A stretch of DNA of 64,000 nucleotides, taken from Eubacteriales bacterium. Its GTDB lineage: Bacteria; Bacillota; Clostridia; Oscillospirales; CAG-272. Below the pieces are notes generated by a model that saw only the letters and a list, made by a program, of their open reading frames with translations, was not told where the DNA came from and ran no database searches. The stretch lies in assembly GCA_045629745.1 (NCBI GenBank), contig JAZQRU010000045.1, positions 9,051 through 73,050 on the forward strand, given 5' to 3'. Both the position numbers and the translations under genes were made by a program. Below are positions 10,376 to 20,224 of this stretch, piece after piece. Position 1 is the stretch's first letter. Every line of letters begins with the position of its first letter.

Positions 10376-11104
10376 ATGCTAGCAACAAAACCGTATCAGA
10401 GGGAAAGGGCTCTTATGTACGCGGAAAGGTACGCGTTTTCGCAAAATCCGGTCTTCGCAAGCTTTATGGGCTTTGGCGGAAATTGCACGAATTTCGTTTC
10501 GCAATGTATATATGCAGGCTCGTGCATTATGAACTACAAGCCGACTTTCGGTTGGTATTACATATCTCTTGACGAAAGAGCGCCCGCTTGGTCGGGTGTT
10601 GAGTATTTTTATAACTTTATAGTGGGTAACGAGGGAGTTGGACCTTACGGGCGCGAGGCAGGCAGCGACGAGCTTGAAATCGGCGACGTAATTCAGCTCG
10701 GCAGAACGGGCGAGGGCTATTACCACACGCTTCTCGTCGTCGGCTTTGACGGTGAGGATATTCTCGTTGCCGCGCAGACTGATAACGCGTTCGCGCGCCC
10801 TCTTTCAAGCTATACCAACGACTACGCGCGCTATATAAAAATTCTCGGTGTAAGATTTAATTCCGCAGTCGGCTCGGATTGCTTTGACAGCGTTTATAAC
10901 GGAATTGCGATAATCGGTGACGGCTCTCAGAATTCCGCACCGTCCGAGCCTGCTCCCACTCCGACACCCGCGCCGACACCCACTCCGACACCCGAGCCGA
11001 CACCCACTCCGACACCCGAGCCGACACCCACTCCGACACCCGAGCCGACACCCGAGCCGACACCCGAGCCGACACCTGCGCCGGAGGACGCGCAAACACC
11101 ATAA
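10376..11104 (+). CDS. Putative amidase-domain protein (Amidase_6-like) with a Pro/Thr/Glu tail
   Basis: YAERYA...[11 protein letters not shown]...W...GDVIQL...YYHTL...AAQT pattern; C-terminal PTPTPE repeats. Confidence 0.8.
   Translation: MLATKPYQRERALMYAERYAFSQNPVFASFMGFGGNCTNFVSQCIYAGSCIMNYKPTFGWYYISLDERAPAWSGVEYFYNFIVGNEGVGPYGREAGSDELEIGDVIQLGRTGEGYYHTLLVVGFDGEDILVAAQTDNAFARPLSSYTNDYARYIKILGVRFNSAVGSDCFDSVYNGIAIIGDGSQNSAPSEPAPTPTPAPTPTPTPEPTPTPTPEPTPTPTPEPTPEPTPEPTPAPEDAQTP
10955..11074 (+). repeat. Coding tandem repeat: four 24-bp units (cccactccgacacccgagccgaca) plus two 12-bp units
   Basis: Directly visible; encodes (PTPTPEPT)n. Confidence 0.9.
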
Positions 11105-11179
11105 CCCCTCTTGACAAAAGCCCCCTGCTTATGTTAAAATCTATCGTAATTTCTTAAATTAAAGGTACGATTTTGCGTA

Positions 11180-12112
11180 ATGGAAAAATTTAAAAGGTTT
11201 TTATCACCCGCTATTCTTTTCGTAGCGGCTATGTTGTGGGGCTTTGCCTTTTCGGCACAGGATGCGGCATCAAACGTTCCGCCCTTCACGCTCGGGGCGG
11301 CAAGAAGCCTTTTAGCCTCGGTTTTTCTTCTCTTTTTGATTCCCATTTTCGATAAGGCGAAAAAATCCGAGCGACGTCTTTTTTCAAGATGGGGTATTGA
11401 TTTCAATAAATATGAGCTTATAAGCGGTGCGATATGCGGTGCAGCGCTTGCCGCAGCCTCATTTTTTCAGCAAACGGGTATAAATCAGGGCACCGACGCG
11501 GGAAAAGCGGCATTTATAACCGCACTTTACGTGGTTTTAGTTCCCGTCTATGCGCTCGCTCTTAAAAGACGCTCGCCCGTAAGAGTCTGGATAAGCGTAG
11601 CTATCGCTATAGTCGGCTTCTATTTCCTCTGCATTGACGGTGAATTTCGCATTGCAGCGTCAGACGTTTTAGTTCTTCTTTGCGCAGTCGTTTTCCCCGT
11701 GCAAATTCTTACGATAGATAATTTTACAGACAGATGCGACGGAGTCAGAATGTCGGCAATTCAGTTCATTTCAGCAACCGTTATAAACGCAATTCTTGCG
11801 CTTGTTCTTGAAATGCCTATCGCCTTTTCCGAAATCGGAAGCTCCATCGGCGCAGTACTTTTCCTAGGTATCGTTTCAAGCGGTATTGCCTACACTATGC
11901 AGATAATTGGACAAAAGGGTACGAATCCCGCCGTTGCTTCCGTTATTATGTCGCTCGAGTCCGTCTTTGGCGTTATCGGCTCGGCAATATTCTTAAATCA
12001 GACGCTCTCACCTCGTGAATACGCGGGCGCGGCAATAGTTTTCGCCGCCGTAATTCTCTCTGAGCTTGACGTTAAAGCTCTTTTCAAGAAAAAAGAAAGC
12101 AAAAATGCCTAA
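11180..12112 (+). CDS. DMT/EamA family transporter
   Basis: About 10 TM helices; AMLWGFAF, GKAAFITALYVVLVP and SLESVF motifs. Confidence 0.9.
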   Translation: MEKFKRFLSPAILFVAAMLWGFAFSAQDAASNVPPFTLGAARSLLASVFLLFLIPIFDKAKKSERRLFSRWGIDFNKYELISGAICGAALAAASFFQQTGINQGTDAGKAAFITALYVVLVPVYALALKRRSPVRVWISVAIAIVGFYFLCIDGEFRIAASDVLVLLCAVVFPVQILTIDNFTDRCDGVRMSAIQFISATVINAILALVLEMPIAFSEIGSSIGAVLFLGIVSSGIAYTMQIIGQKGTNPAVASVIMSLESVFGVIGSAIFLNQTLSPREYAGAAIVFAAVILSELDVKALFKKKESKNA

Positions 12113-12172
12113 GGCAAACATTTTTTGAGCAGAAAGCGAAAAAAGATAATTTAAAAGCGAGCTTATCGGTTT

Positions 12173-12214
12173 TGAAGTGAACCCAAAAGTGTCTAACTTT
12201 TAGGTTGCATATCA
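12173..12214. mobile_element. 42-bp IS3-family end-fusion footprint (IRL+IRR only) with a TTT target duplication
   Basis: TGAAGTGAACCCAAAAGT joined to GTCTAACTTTTAGGTTGCATATCA; TG...CA termini; TTT on both sides; lies in the loop of a gcgagctt/aagctcgc hairpin. Confidence 0.7.
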
Positions 12215-12237
12215 TTTACGGCAAGCTCGCTGTTTTA

Positions 12238-13383
12238 TTAAATTAAAGGTCTTTGCTCGAGTGCGGCAAGCGCTATTCTGAATGCCTTTGCGGCTCTCAT
12301 ACTGACTGCCTCGTCGTCGCTCTTCATTTCGGGAAGAAGCTTTCTGTATATCTCTCCGCGCACGCTCATATCGCGGCGTAGCTTTTCCGTGCCGTAGAGC
12401 GGCAGGGTTTTGTCGCGGAGCTGGAAGAAATAAAGTCCGAAAGCGTCGCTTTCAATGTTCTTCGGGATAACGAAATCGGGAGCAACCGAGCCGACAAGAT
12501 TAACGCGGAGCGCGGTTTCGTGGTCGTATTTTTTGTCGCTTATCATACGGCTTATACGGTTTATAATTTCATTTCCCGTATTAACTCCCGTTATATCGAG
12601 GGTTTCGGTCTTGAATCTTACGTGGCCGAAGGAAATGCTCTTATTATCTATCGAAAGCTCACCGTTCTGATAATCTATCGAAATGAGATTTGCGCCGCCT
12701 AGCCCCGGCTCGTCAAAGCCCGTGCATTCAAGCGCTCCGCAATACGCATACTTCGACGTGCCGATAGACATAAATTTGCCTGTCTCGTGGCGAGAGCCGA
12801 GCGCATAGAAATCCGCGCCGAATTTTTTAAGGTCCTGGCTTGAAATAGGGCAAGCATCGGAGTCAAGCGCACCGTTGAGGTCTGCGTAAGCGCAGAGAAT
12901 ATTTATTCTTGAACTGTCGTCAACGCGGCGGTCCTTTATGGGATTAGTTTGCATTGTGTCACTCATAAAAGCCCAACCGTAAACGGTTATATTATTGTCC
13001 TGAAAATCGAAGCGCGACAGCGTGTCCGAATTGAATACGTAGCAATTATCGGGAAGTCTGCCCGAGGTATAAATGGGGTTGTCCGTATAAAAATCGTGCT
13101 TACCGGGGGAGATTATAAAATGGGTATCGGGGCAGTTTTTAAACTCACGGATAAGAACCTCAGCCGTGGTATTCGTTGCGTATTTCGTGTCGAAAATATC
13201 ACCGCTCATAAGTACAACGTCAATATTCGATTCTCTTACGTATTGCATAAGGCGCATAAAAGAATTTCTGAGTATTCGTCTTCTCTCCTCACTCTTCTCT
13301 GCGGAAAGTCCCGTTATCGGTGAGTCGAGGTGGATATCGCTGCAATGCAGAAATCTCAAATGCGATTTTGTTGTTTTGCTCAT
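12238..13383 (-). CDS. Mre11/SbcD-family metallophosphoesterase (DNA repair exonuclease)
   Basis: HCSDIHLD, SGDIFD, PGKHD, DFYALGSRH and YCGALECTGFDEPG motifs. Confidence 0.85.
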   Translation of the reverse strand: MSKTTKSHLRFLHCSDIHLDSPITGLSAEKSEERRRILRNSFMRLMQYVRESNIDVVLMSGDIFDTKYATNTTAEVLIREFKNCPDTHFIISPGKHDFYTDNPIYTSGRLPDNCYVFNSDTLSRFDFQDNNITVYGWAFMSDTMQTNPIKDRRVDDSSRINILCAYADLNGALDSDACPISSQDLKKFGADFYALGSRHETGKFMSIGTSKYAYCGALECTGFDEPGLGGANLISIDYQNGELSIDNKSISFGHVRFKTETLDITGVNTGNEIINRISRMISDKKYDHETALRVNLVGSVAPDFVIPKNIESDAFGLYFFQLRDKTLPLYGTEKLRRDMSVRGEIYRKLLPEMKSDDEAVSMRAAKAFRIALAALEQRPLI

Positions 13384-13555
13384 ATTCAGGCGCTCCCTAA
13401 ACTATCTTTAAAGCTAGTATATCATTTATTTTATGCTTTTGCAAGATTTTTGAGCAAAAAACTTTAAAAACACTTGAATATCGAAAAAATTTGTGATAAA
13501 ATAACATCAAGAAAAAACAAGGCAGAATTTTAATTTTGCAAAAAGGACATTATAT

Positions 13556-15067
13556 ATGTTAAATCTTGCAGTAAGAAATACGGCAAAGCTCGTCAGAGAA
13601 AAATCAAAGAGCGAAAACGTAAGGCTCGGCAGACTTTTTACGAAAAAGGATACGGCGAAAATTATGGCTTCGGCGTTTTCGCTTGATATGGAAAAAAGCT
13701 CGTATACCATTCTTGACCCGGGCGCTGGAACGGGTATACTTACCGCTGCGCTTGTAGAGAAAATTTGCAAGGAAGCGCCTGCCTGTCGGCAGATTTTCGT
13801 CACCTGCTATGAGAATAACTCCGAGTTTGCCGATATGCTTGAGGATAATCTTGAAAGAATACGCAAAAAATGCCGCCACGACTATGACGTGCGCCTTTTC
13901 GTAAGCGTTTACCGTGAGAATTATCTTACAGAATCAAAAAATCACTATACAGTCACCTTTTTTGACACGATACCCGACAAGTACGACTTCATTATATGCT
14001 CACCGCCAACCGAGCTTTACGAAAAGGATTCCGAGGAAGCTCTTTCAACGGGAGGTGTAACTCAGCTTAAATTTGGCGCGCCCTACCTCTTTTTATCTCA
14101 GGCGGCGAAGCATCTTGAGCCGTCGGGCGAGCTCGTTATTATGCTTCCCGTAAGCTTTGCGAGCGCCTCGGGTGTTGCGCCCTTAAGACTTGAGCTTGCT
14201 AAAACTCTTTCTATTGAGTCTCTGCACCTTTTTGTCGGCAAGCAGAAAAATTTAAAAAGAGCGATACCTCTCAAAAAGAATTTTATCGTCGCATATAAAA
14301 ACGCGTCGAAAAACAGTACGGTATCAATATCAACCTCAGAGGATAACGGACAGAAAATAACCAAGCTTCCGAGCCTTGAATACGATTTTGTCGTAGATAA
14401 GGAAAGCGGCGCGCTCACGCTTCCTAAGAGTGTTGAGGATACTATGATAGTGCGCCATATCTCGCGCCTTGCCGAAACGCTTACGAGTCTCGGACTTAAA
14501 ATGTCAACGGGACTTATTATCGACTCCAAATGTCAGGGTATGATATTCTCGGAGCGACGCGAGGGAACGATTCCTCTCATAAGGCAAAATGCGATAAAAA
14601 ACGGTGTTATAGCTTTCCCCTCTAAAATTTCGGGACAGTATCTTGCGCCCGTTAAAAATGCGCTTATGCAGAAGAACAAAAATATGATAATCATAAAGAG
14701 AATTCCCGCAAAGAGCGATGCGAGATTTATAAATTCTGCAATTTATCTTGCGGCGCAGCTCCCCGGGGAAGCTTATATAAGCACGCACAATAAGGTTAAC
14801 TTTATCGACACCGCAAACTGTGATGCCGAAATGTGCCCCCGTCTTGTTTTCGGACTTTTCGCGCTTCTTAATTCAACGATTTACGACAGATACCTCTCTA
14901 TCGTGTCAAAGTCGAAGCAAATTAACGCAAAGGAATTCAAATCCTTGCCGCTTCCCTCGAGAAACGTAATCGAAAGCATAGGCGTGCGCCTTATGTCGCT
15001 TCGCCAAACGAGCGTTAAGGCTTGTGACCAGATTGTAAACCCGACTTTACATATAGTAGAAAAATAA
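13556..15067 (+). CDS. BsuBI/PstI (Eco57I-domain) adenine methyltransferase-like protein with a degenerate catalytic motif
   Basis: LGRLFT, ILDPGAGTGIL (motif I), IICSPPT in place of NPPY, STGLIID, GLFALLNSTIYD and QINAKEF.SLPLP. Confidence 0.75.
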   Translation: MLNLAVRNTAKLVREKSKSENVRLGRLFTKKDTAKIMASAFSLDMEKSSYTILDPGAGTGILTAALVEKICKEAPACRQIFVTCYENNSEFADMLEDNLERIRKKCRHDYDVRLFVSVYRENYLTESKNHYTVTFFDTIPDKYDFIICSPPTELYEKDSEEALSTGGVTQLKFGAPYLFLSQAAKHLEPSGELVIMLPVSFASASGVAPLRLELAKTLSIESLHLFVGKQKNLKRAIPLKKNFIVAYKNASKNSTVSISTSEDNGQKITKLPSLEYDFVVDKESGALTLPKSVEDTMIVRHISRLAETLTSLGLKMSTGLIIDSKCQGMIFSERREGTIPLIRQNAIKNGVIAFPSKISGQYLAPVKNALMQKNKNMIIIKRIPAKSDARFINSAIYLAAQLPGEAYISTHNKVNFIDTANCDAEMCPRLVFGLFALLNSTIYDRYLSIVSKSKQINAKEFKSLPLPSRNVIESIGVRLMSLRQTSVKACDQIVNPTLHIVEK

Positions 15068-15163
15068 TTTAACACGGGTTGCCAATAATCCAAAAAACAG
15101 TAGGGGCACGGTTAATTCAGTGCCTCTACGTTTGATTTTTGAAACAAAAAGAAAGGAGAAGCT

Positions 15164-17740
15164 ATGAAACGAATTGTTTTAGGTATACTTGCGCACGTTG
15201 ACGCGGGTAAAACGACTCTTTCGGAAGCCCTCCTTTTTTCCTCGGGAGCTATAGAAAGGCTGGGAAGAGTTGATAAGCGCGACGCGCATCTTGACACCTT
15301 TTCGCTTGAACGCGAAAGGGGTATCACCATTTTTTCAAAGCAGGCGGAGCTTATATTCGGAAATACGGAAATAACCCTTATCGACACCCCCGGGCACGTG
15401 GATTTTTCCTGCGAGGCGGAAAGAGCGCTTTCCGTAATTGATTACGCGGTGCTTGTAATCAGCGCGTCCGAGGGCGCAACCGCGCATACCAAAACCCTCT
15501 GGCAACTGCTTCGGGGGCGAGGTATACCAACCTTTATTTTCATTAATAAAACGGATGTTGCGATACACACGCGCCGCGAGCTTGTCGCTTGTTTACGCGA
15601 CTCTCTTTCACCCGCACTCGTTGATTTTTCGCACGTTGAAGCGAGAGAAGAAAACGCGGCGGCGGTTGACGAGGCTCTTATGGCGGAGTTTTTTGATACG
15701 GGCGCGCTTTCCGAAGATTCCATAAAAGACGCAATTGCCGAGTGCCGCATTTTTCCCTGTTATTTCGGCTCGGCGCTTAAAACGCAGGGAGTCGTTGAGT
15801 TTCTCGCTGATTTTGATGCTTTCACTAAAGAAAAGCTCTACCCCGAAAGGCTTTTCGGCGCTAAGGTTTATAAAATAGCGCGTGACGAAAACGGAAGACG
15901 CCTCACCTATCTCAAGCTTACGGGCGGAACTTTAAGAAACAAGGACCTTATAAAATATCTTGATAAAGACGGCAATACCGTCGAAGAAAAGGTGGAGGAA
16001 ATACGCATTTATTCCGCTGATAAATACAAGCCGAAAAAGGAGATTTCGGCGGGCACGGTTGCCGCTGTTTTAGGTCTTACGAAAACCTACGTCGGCGAGG
16101 GACTTGGAGTTGACACGTCGGAATCCCCCGTTTTAACACCCGTTCTCGATTATAAAATGATACTTCAAGGCGGTGTGTCGGTTTACGAGGTCTATACCAA
16201 GCTTCTCGCACTCTCTGAGGAAGAGCCGACTCTTTCGCTTTCCTACAGAGAAAGAACGAAGGAAATCCGCGTGCGCCTTATGGGCGATATTCAGACAGAG
16301 ATTTTGCGCCGTATAATCAAGGATAGATTTTCACTTGACGTTTCCTTTGGCGAGGGTGAAATTCTTTATAAGGAAACGGTATCGGGGGAAGTGTTCGGTT
16401 ACGGACATTTTGAGCCACTGAGGCACTATGCCGAGGTTCATTTGCATATTGAGCCTATGCCGCGCGGAACGGGAATTATTGCAACGAGCGAGTGCTCGAG
16501 TGACGTTTTGTCGAGAAACTGGCAGCGTCTTATAATAACGCATATTGAAGAAAAGCGCCATAAAGGCGTACTTATCGGAGCGCCGCTTTCTGACGTTAAA
16601 ATAACGGTTGTCAACGGAAAAGCGCATAACAAGCATACCGATGGCGGCGACTTCAGGCAAGCAACGTACAGAGCCGTAAGGCAAGGACTTATGAAGGCGG
16701 AGAGCGTGCTTCTCGAGCCTACATTCGATTTTAAGCTCGAATTGCCTCTTGATAATCTCGGTAAGGCTATGATGGATATTGAAAATATGCACGGTGCGAG
16801 CGATGCTCCCGAAATTATAGGCGACACGGCAATTCTTACGGGTAACTGCCCCGTTGCCACTATGCGCTCATATGCAAACGAGCTTCGCGCTTATACGAGG
16901 GGTGACGGCAGAATTGCGCTTTCCGTCGGAGAGTACGCGCCCTGCCATAACACCGACGAGGTTATCGGAAAATACGCATACTCGCCAGAGCTTGACGAGC
17001 GAAATACACCGAACTCCGTATTTTGCAAAAACGGTGCCGGATTTGTCGTTCCCTGGTGTGAGGTTGAAGACCATCTTGACCTTGGAACAGAGGATACGGG
17101 TGTCGAAAACGAAAAAGAAGATAGCGTTCCCGAAAGAGCAAAGGCATACGTTTACAGGGGTACCGAAGCCGAGGATAAGGAGCTTACAAAAATCTTCGAG
17201 GCGACCTACGGAAAGATAAAGAAGAGAAGCTTCAACGAGCGCGAGGAAAATCGCGCGGAAAACTATACCGAGAAAAAAGAAAAGCCAAGGAAGCTTAAGC
17301 CCCTTGGCGACGAGTATATTTTCATAGACGGGTATAATTTTATTTTCGCGTGGGACGAGCTTCGCAAAGCAAGTGAAAAGGATTTTTCCTTAGCGCGTGA
17401 TATTCTCGTTCGCCTTATGTGCGACTACAGCTCTTTCAGAAAATGCAAGAGCGTTATAGTCTTTGATGCGTACAAGCGCCGCGGCGGCGAGGGCAGCACC
17501 GAAAAATACGGCGACGTTACGGTAGTTTATACGAAAGAGGGCGAAACTGCCGACTCGTATATTGAAAAGGAAACTAAAAAGCTCACCGAGCACAACCGCG
17601 TGCGCGTCGTAAGCTCGGACCTTGAAGAGCAAAGAATAATACTCGGCAACGGCGGACTTCGCGTCAGCACAAAGGAGTTCTCTTTGGATCTTAAGCAGCT
17701 CGAAGCCGATATTAAGAAAATGATTGACGTAATGAAATAA
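15164..17740 (+). CDS. TetM/EF-G-like translational GTPase fused to a C-terminal NYN (YacP/Rae1-like) RNase domain
   Basis: AHVDAGKTT, ERERGITI, DTPGHVDF and NKTD motifs; C-terminal IDGYN...VFDA...ETADSYIEK...VVSSD. Confidence 0.9.
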   Translation: MKRIVLGILAHVDAGKTTLSEALLFSSGAIERLGRVDKRDAHLDTFSLERERGITIFSKQAELIFGNTEITLIDTPGHVDFSCEAERALSVIDYAVLVISASEGATAHTKTLWQLLRGRGIPTFIFINKTDVAIHTRRELVACLRDSLSPALVDFSHVEAREENAAAVDEALMAEFFDTGALSEDSIKDAIAECRIFPCYFGSALKTQGVVEFLADFDAFTKEKLYPERLFGAKVYKIARDENGRRLTYLKLTGGTLRNKDLIKYLDKDGNTVEEKVEEIRIYSADKYKPKKEISAGTVAAVLGLTKTYVGEGLGVDTSESPVLTPVLDYKMILQGGVSVYEVYTKLLALSEEEPTLSLSYRERTKEIRVRLMGDIQTEILRRIIKDRFSLDVSFGEGEILYKETVSGEVFGYGHFEPLRHYAEVHLHIEPMPRGTGIIATSECSSDVLSRNWQRLIITHIEEKRHKGVLIGAPLSDVKITVVNGKAHNKHTDGGDFRQATYRAVRQGLMKAESVLLEPTFDFKLELPLDNLGKAMMDIENMHGASDAPEIIGDTAILTGNCPVATMRSYANELRAYTRGDGRIALSVGEYAPCHNTDEVIGKYAYSPELDERNTPNSVFCKNGAGFVVPWCEVEDHLDLGTEDTGVENEKEDSVPERAKAYVYRGTEAEDKELTKIFEATYGKIKKRSFNEREENRAENYTEKKEKPRKLKPLGDEYIFIDGYNFIFAWDELRKASEKDFSLARDILVRLMCDYSSFRKCKSVIVFDAYKRRGGEGSTEKYGDVTVVYTKEGETADSYIEKETKKLTEHNRVRVVSSDLEEQRIILGNGGLRVSTKEFSLDLKQLEADIKKMIDVMK

Positions 17741-17794
17741 TTTAAAAAAGCAAGATTTTAATGCAAGTCTTGCTTTTTTGTTTTTGGTAAGCTT

Positions 17795-17944
17795 TTAGGA
17801 TTCGCTTGCGGCTAATACAATGCTGTTATTTTCCACCTTGATTTCAATTTTATCACCGACGCGTAAATCAAGCGTTGTTCTTACGTCTTTGGGAATTACT
17901 ATGCGCCCTAATTTGTCAATTGTGCGAATAATTTTAATTTTCAT
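17795..17944 (-). CDS. Small AbrB/MazE/SpoVT DNA-binding protein (49 aa)
   Basis: Not in the track. MKIKIIRTIDKLGRIVIPKDVRTTLDLRVGDKIEIKVENNSIVLAASES, with an AAGGAG RBS. Confidence 0.85.
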   Translation of the reverse strand: MKIKIIRTIDKLGRIVIPKDVRTTLDLRVGDKIEIKVENNSIVLAASES

Positions 17945-18076
17945 TTGTTTTCTCCTTTTATTTCGTACTTTTGGTTTAAAAATCGAACTGTAAGTACATT
18001 ATATCACATATCATTTGTCAAAAAAACTCGAAATATGCGTTAAAGGAAAAAAGAAGAACCAATTTTTAGGTTCTTC

Positions 18077-18400
18077 TTAATCAAGATATTCGATATAAGT
18101 ATCTATCAAAGCTTCAAGTGCCACTCGCTGCTTTGGAGTTAATCTCTCAAGTCTTGAGCCGATTTGCTTATCTCCGTATAAATTTCTCGTTGAAATGGAA
18201 TCGCGGAGAATATAATCTGCGGATACGTCCAAAATTTCAACAAGCTTAATAAATACTTGCATACTCGGCATTTTTAATCCGCGTTCTATCTGGCTTATGT
18301 ATTCTAAGCTTATATCTACCTTTTCCGCCAACTGCTCCTGTGTTAAACCTTGCAACTTTCGAGTTTCTTTTATCCTATCGCCCATTGTAAGCTTATCCAC
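18077..18400 (-). CDS. XRE family HTH regulator
   Basis: GDRIKETRK..GLTQEQLAEKV.IS..YISQIERG..PS. Confidence 0.9.
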   Translation of the reverse strand: MDKLTMGDRIKETRKLQGLTQEQLAEKVDISLEYISQIERGLKMPSMQVFIKLVEILDVSADYILRDSISTRNLYGDKQIGSRLERLTPKQRVALEALIDTYIEYLD

Positions 18401-18562
18401 GTTTCTTCCCCCCGTGCTATCAGTTTTAAATTCATACTAATATTATAAACTGGTAAAAGGAAGAAATGAACGAACTTATAATATGAAAATCATACCAACA
18501 GTGCGAAATTGAAATTGTCAAATATAAATAATGTCTTTTAAAAAAACAGGCGAAGTAAATTT

Positions 18563-19456
18563 TCAATGGAAAATGGAGTAACAAAATTTAACACGGGTGT
18601 CCTCTTCGGCTATTATTTCCATAAGATTTCCGCAATATTTGAGAGATGCCGTATTTCTTTTGTCAACGTAGGCGAAAAGTCTTGTAAGCCCTGTGCTTTT
18701 TGCGTATTCGGAAAGCGCTTTAAACGCCTTGTTGCCGTGTCCCTTGCCTCTTGCCTCGGGGAGAAGTCTTATCGCGATTTCAGCGCCGCCCATACCGTCA
18801 AAGGCGTAAAGCGTTGCCTCTCCTATAAAAGCTTCACCGTGTTTTACCGCAAGGGTAATTGCCGCACCGCGCAAAAATTCCATTTTGGCATTTTCAATGA
18901 AAACCGAATCGGAGGCATTTTCCGAAAAATCCTCGCGGAAGTCGTAGCCCCAGAATTCATTTGTTTTTTCGTCGCGAAGAAGTCTTGCATAGTCCTCGGC
19001 GTCCCCGTCACTTAGTGGTGCGAGAGAAATTTCGTCAAAGACGCGGGTGGGGATTTCGTCAAGAAGCTCGCATTCGGTTTTTATCCTCACTCGGAAGCTT
19101 TCTCCCTCGGGGTTCTCCGCGTCAATATCAAGGTGGCGGAAGCTTTCGACAAAAAGAGAAACGGACTCCTTAGGCACGTCGGTGAAAACTCTTTCGATTT
19201 CTTCGCGCATTGCATATTCGTTAATTTTGAAGAGCGCCGCCTTTTCGTCACCTCTTTCAGAAAGTGCGATAGGGTAAATAAACGAATATCTGCCAAGGTC
19301 AAAAATACGAACTAAAAGGCAAAAATTTTCTACCGTGTACGCGATTTCGCATTCTTCGTCAAGTGTGATTCCGATATCGCTTTGTAAGTCGTGGAGATAT
19401 TCAAGCTCTTCGTTTGTAAGCCCTTCAAGATTTGGAGATTTTTTAAAAGAAATCAT
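18563..19456 (-). CDS. GNAT (RimJ/RimL-like) N-acetyltransferase
   Basis: C-terminal AEIAIRLLPEARGKGHG...N.AS motif. Confidence 0.75.
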   Translation of the reverse strand: MISFKKSPNLEGLTNEELEYLHDLQSDIGITLDEECEIAYTVENFCLLVRIFDLGRYSFIYPIALSERGDEKAALFKINEYAMREEIERVFTDVPKESVSLFVESFRHLDIDAENPEGESFRVRIKTECELLDEIPTRVFDEISLAPLSDGDAEDYARLLRDEKTNEFWGYDFREDFSENASDSVFIENAKMEFLRGAAITLAVKHGEAFIGEATLYAFDGMGGAEIAIRLLPEARGKGHGNKAFKALSEYAKSTGLTRLFAYVDKRNTASLKYCGNLMEIIAEEDTRVKFCYSIFH

Positions 19457-19491
19457 TTTCCACCTATAGTTAAAGCTGTCAAAAGGAAGAC

Positions 19492-20214
19492 TTAAGACAG
19501 CTTTAAATTATCGTTTAAATATTTTTGAAGCTCGTCACAGCGCGCGCGGCTCATTGCTTCGGTATTTTTTAATTTATTCTCCGCGCCAAGAGCCTCATAC
19601 TTGAAGAAACCGAGCGTATGAAAGGGTAAAAGCTCGTGTTTTTTGACTGACACGTACGGCTTCGCAAGTTTTGCATATTCTAGCATTTTTTCTTCCGTGT
19701 CGTTTATTCCTGGGATTACAACCGTTCTTAAAACAACGGGTTTTTCGTTTTCTTCAAGAAAGTTCAAAACAGCGCGTGTTTTTGAAAAATCGACACCCGT
19801 ATAGCGCAAATATTCCTCGTTTGTGGGGAATTTTATATCGAGAAGCACGCATTCGGCGCCGAGAAGCGCGCGCTTTACGGAGTCCGTAAGAACTACCGCA
19901 CCCGACGTGTCAATTACGTAAGAAATGCCTGCGTTTTTCAAAAGGGGCGCGCACTCTGCGATAAATTCCGCCTGCAAAAGCGGCTCGCCGCCGGAAAAGG
20001 TAACACCGCCGCCATTTTTAAAATAGGGGGTATAGCGTGTCACTTTTTTGGCTAAATCCTCAGGGCTTATCTCTTGCCCGACACCCGTTTTCCAGGTATC
20101 CGGATTATGGCAGAATATACAGCGAAGCGGGCAACCCGATAAAAATACCGCGTACCTTAAGCCGTCACCGTCAACCCCTGCAAGACTTTCGTATGAATGT
20201 ACGTAAGCTTTCAT
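19492..20214 (-). CDS. pflA: Pyruvate formate-lyase activating enzyme
   Basis: VDGDGLRY, GCPLRCIFCHNPDTW, GGVTFSGGEP and ELLPFH motifs; immediately downstream of pflB. Confidence 0.95.
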   Translation of the reverse strand: MKAYVHSYESLAGVDGDGLRYAVFLSGCPLRCIFCHNPDTWKTGVGQEISPEDLAKKVTRYTPYFKNGGGVTFSGGEPLLQAEFIAECAPLLKNAGISYVIDTSGAVVLTDSVKRALLGAECVLLDIKFPTNEEYLRYTGVDFSKTRAVLNFLEENEKPVVLRTVVIPGINDTEEKMLEYAKLAKPYVSVKKHELLPFHTLGFFKYEALGAENKLKNTEAMSRARCDELQKYLNDNLKLS

Positions 20215-20224
20215 AAACTTTTGT

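Noticed and set aside
10955-11074. Tandem repeat as a non-coding array, and the overlapping repetitive ORFs
   Set aside because: It is an in-frame Pro/Thr linker; the other-frame ORFs are shadows.
15100-15130. GTAG-type REP element (gtaggggcac...gtgcctctac)
   Set aside because: Single copy in the window with no RAYT gene; better explained as a terminator-like hairpin.
15164-17740. Bona fide tetracycline resistance gene (tetM/W/O)
   Set aside because: It is 858 aa with a NYN domain and sits in a non-mobile context; it shares the general GTPase motifs only, so no symbol was given.
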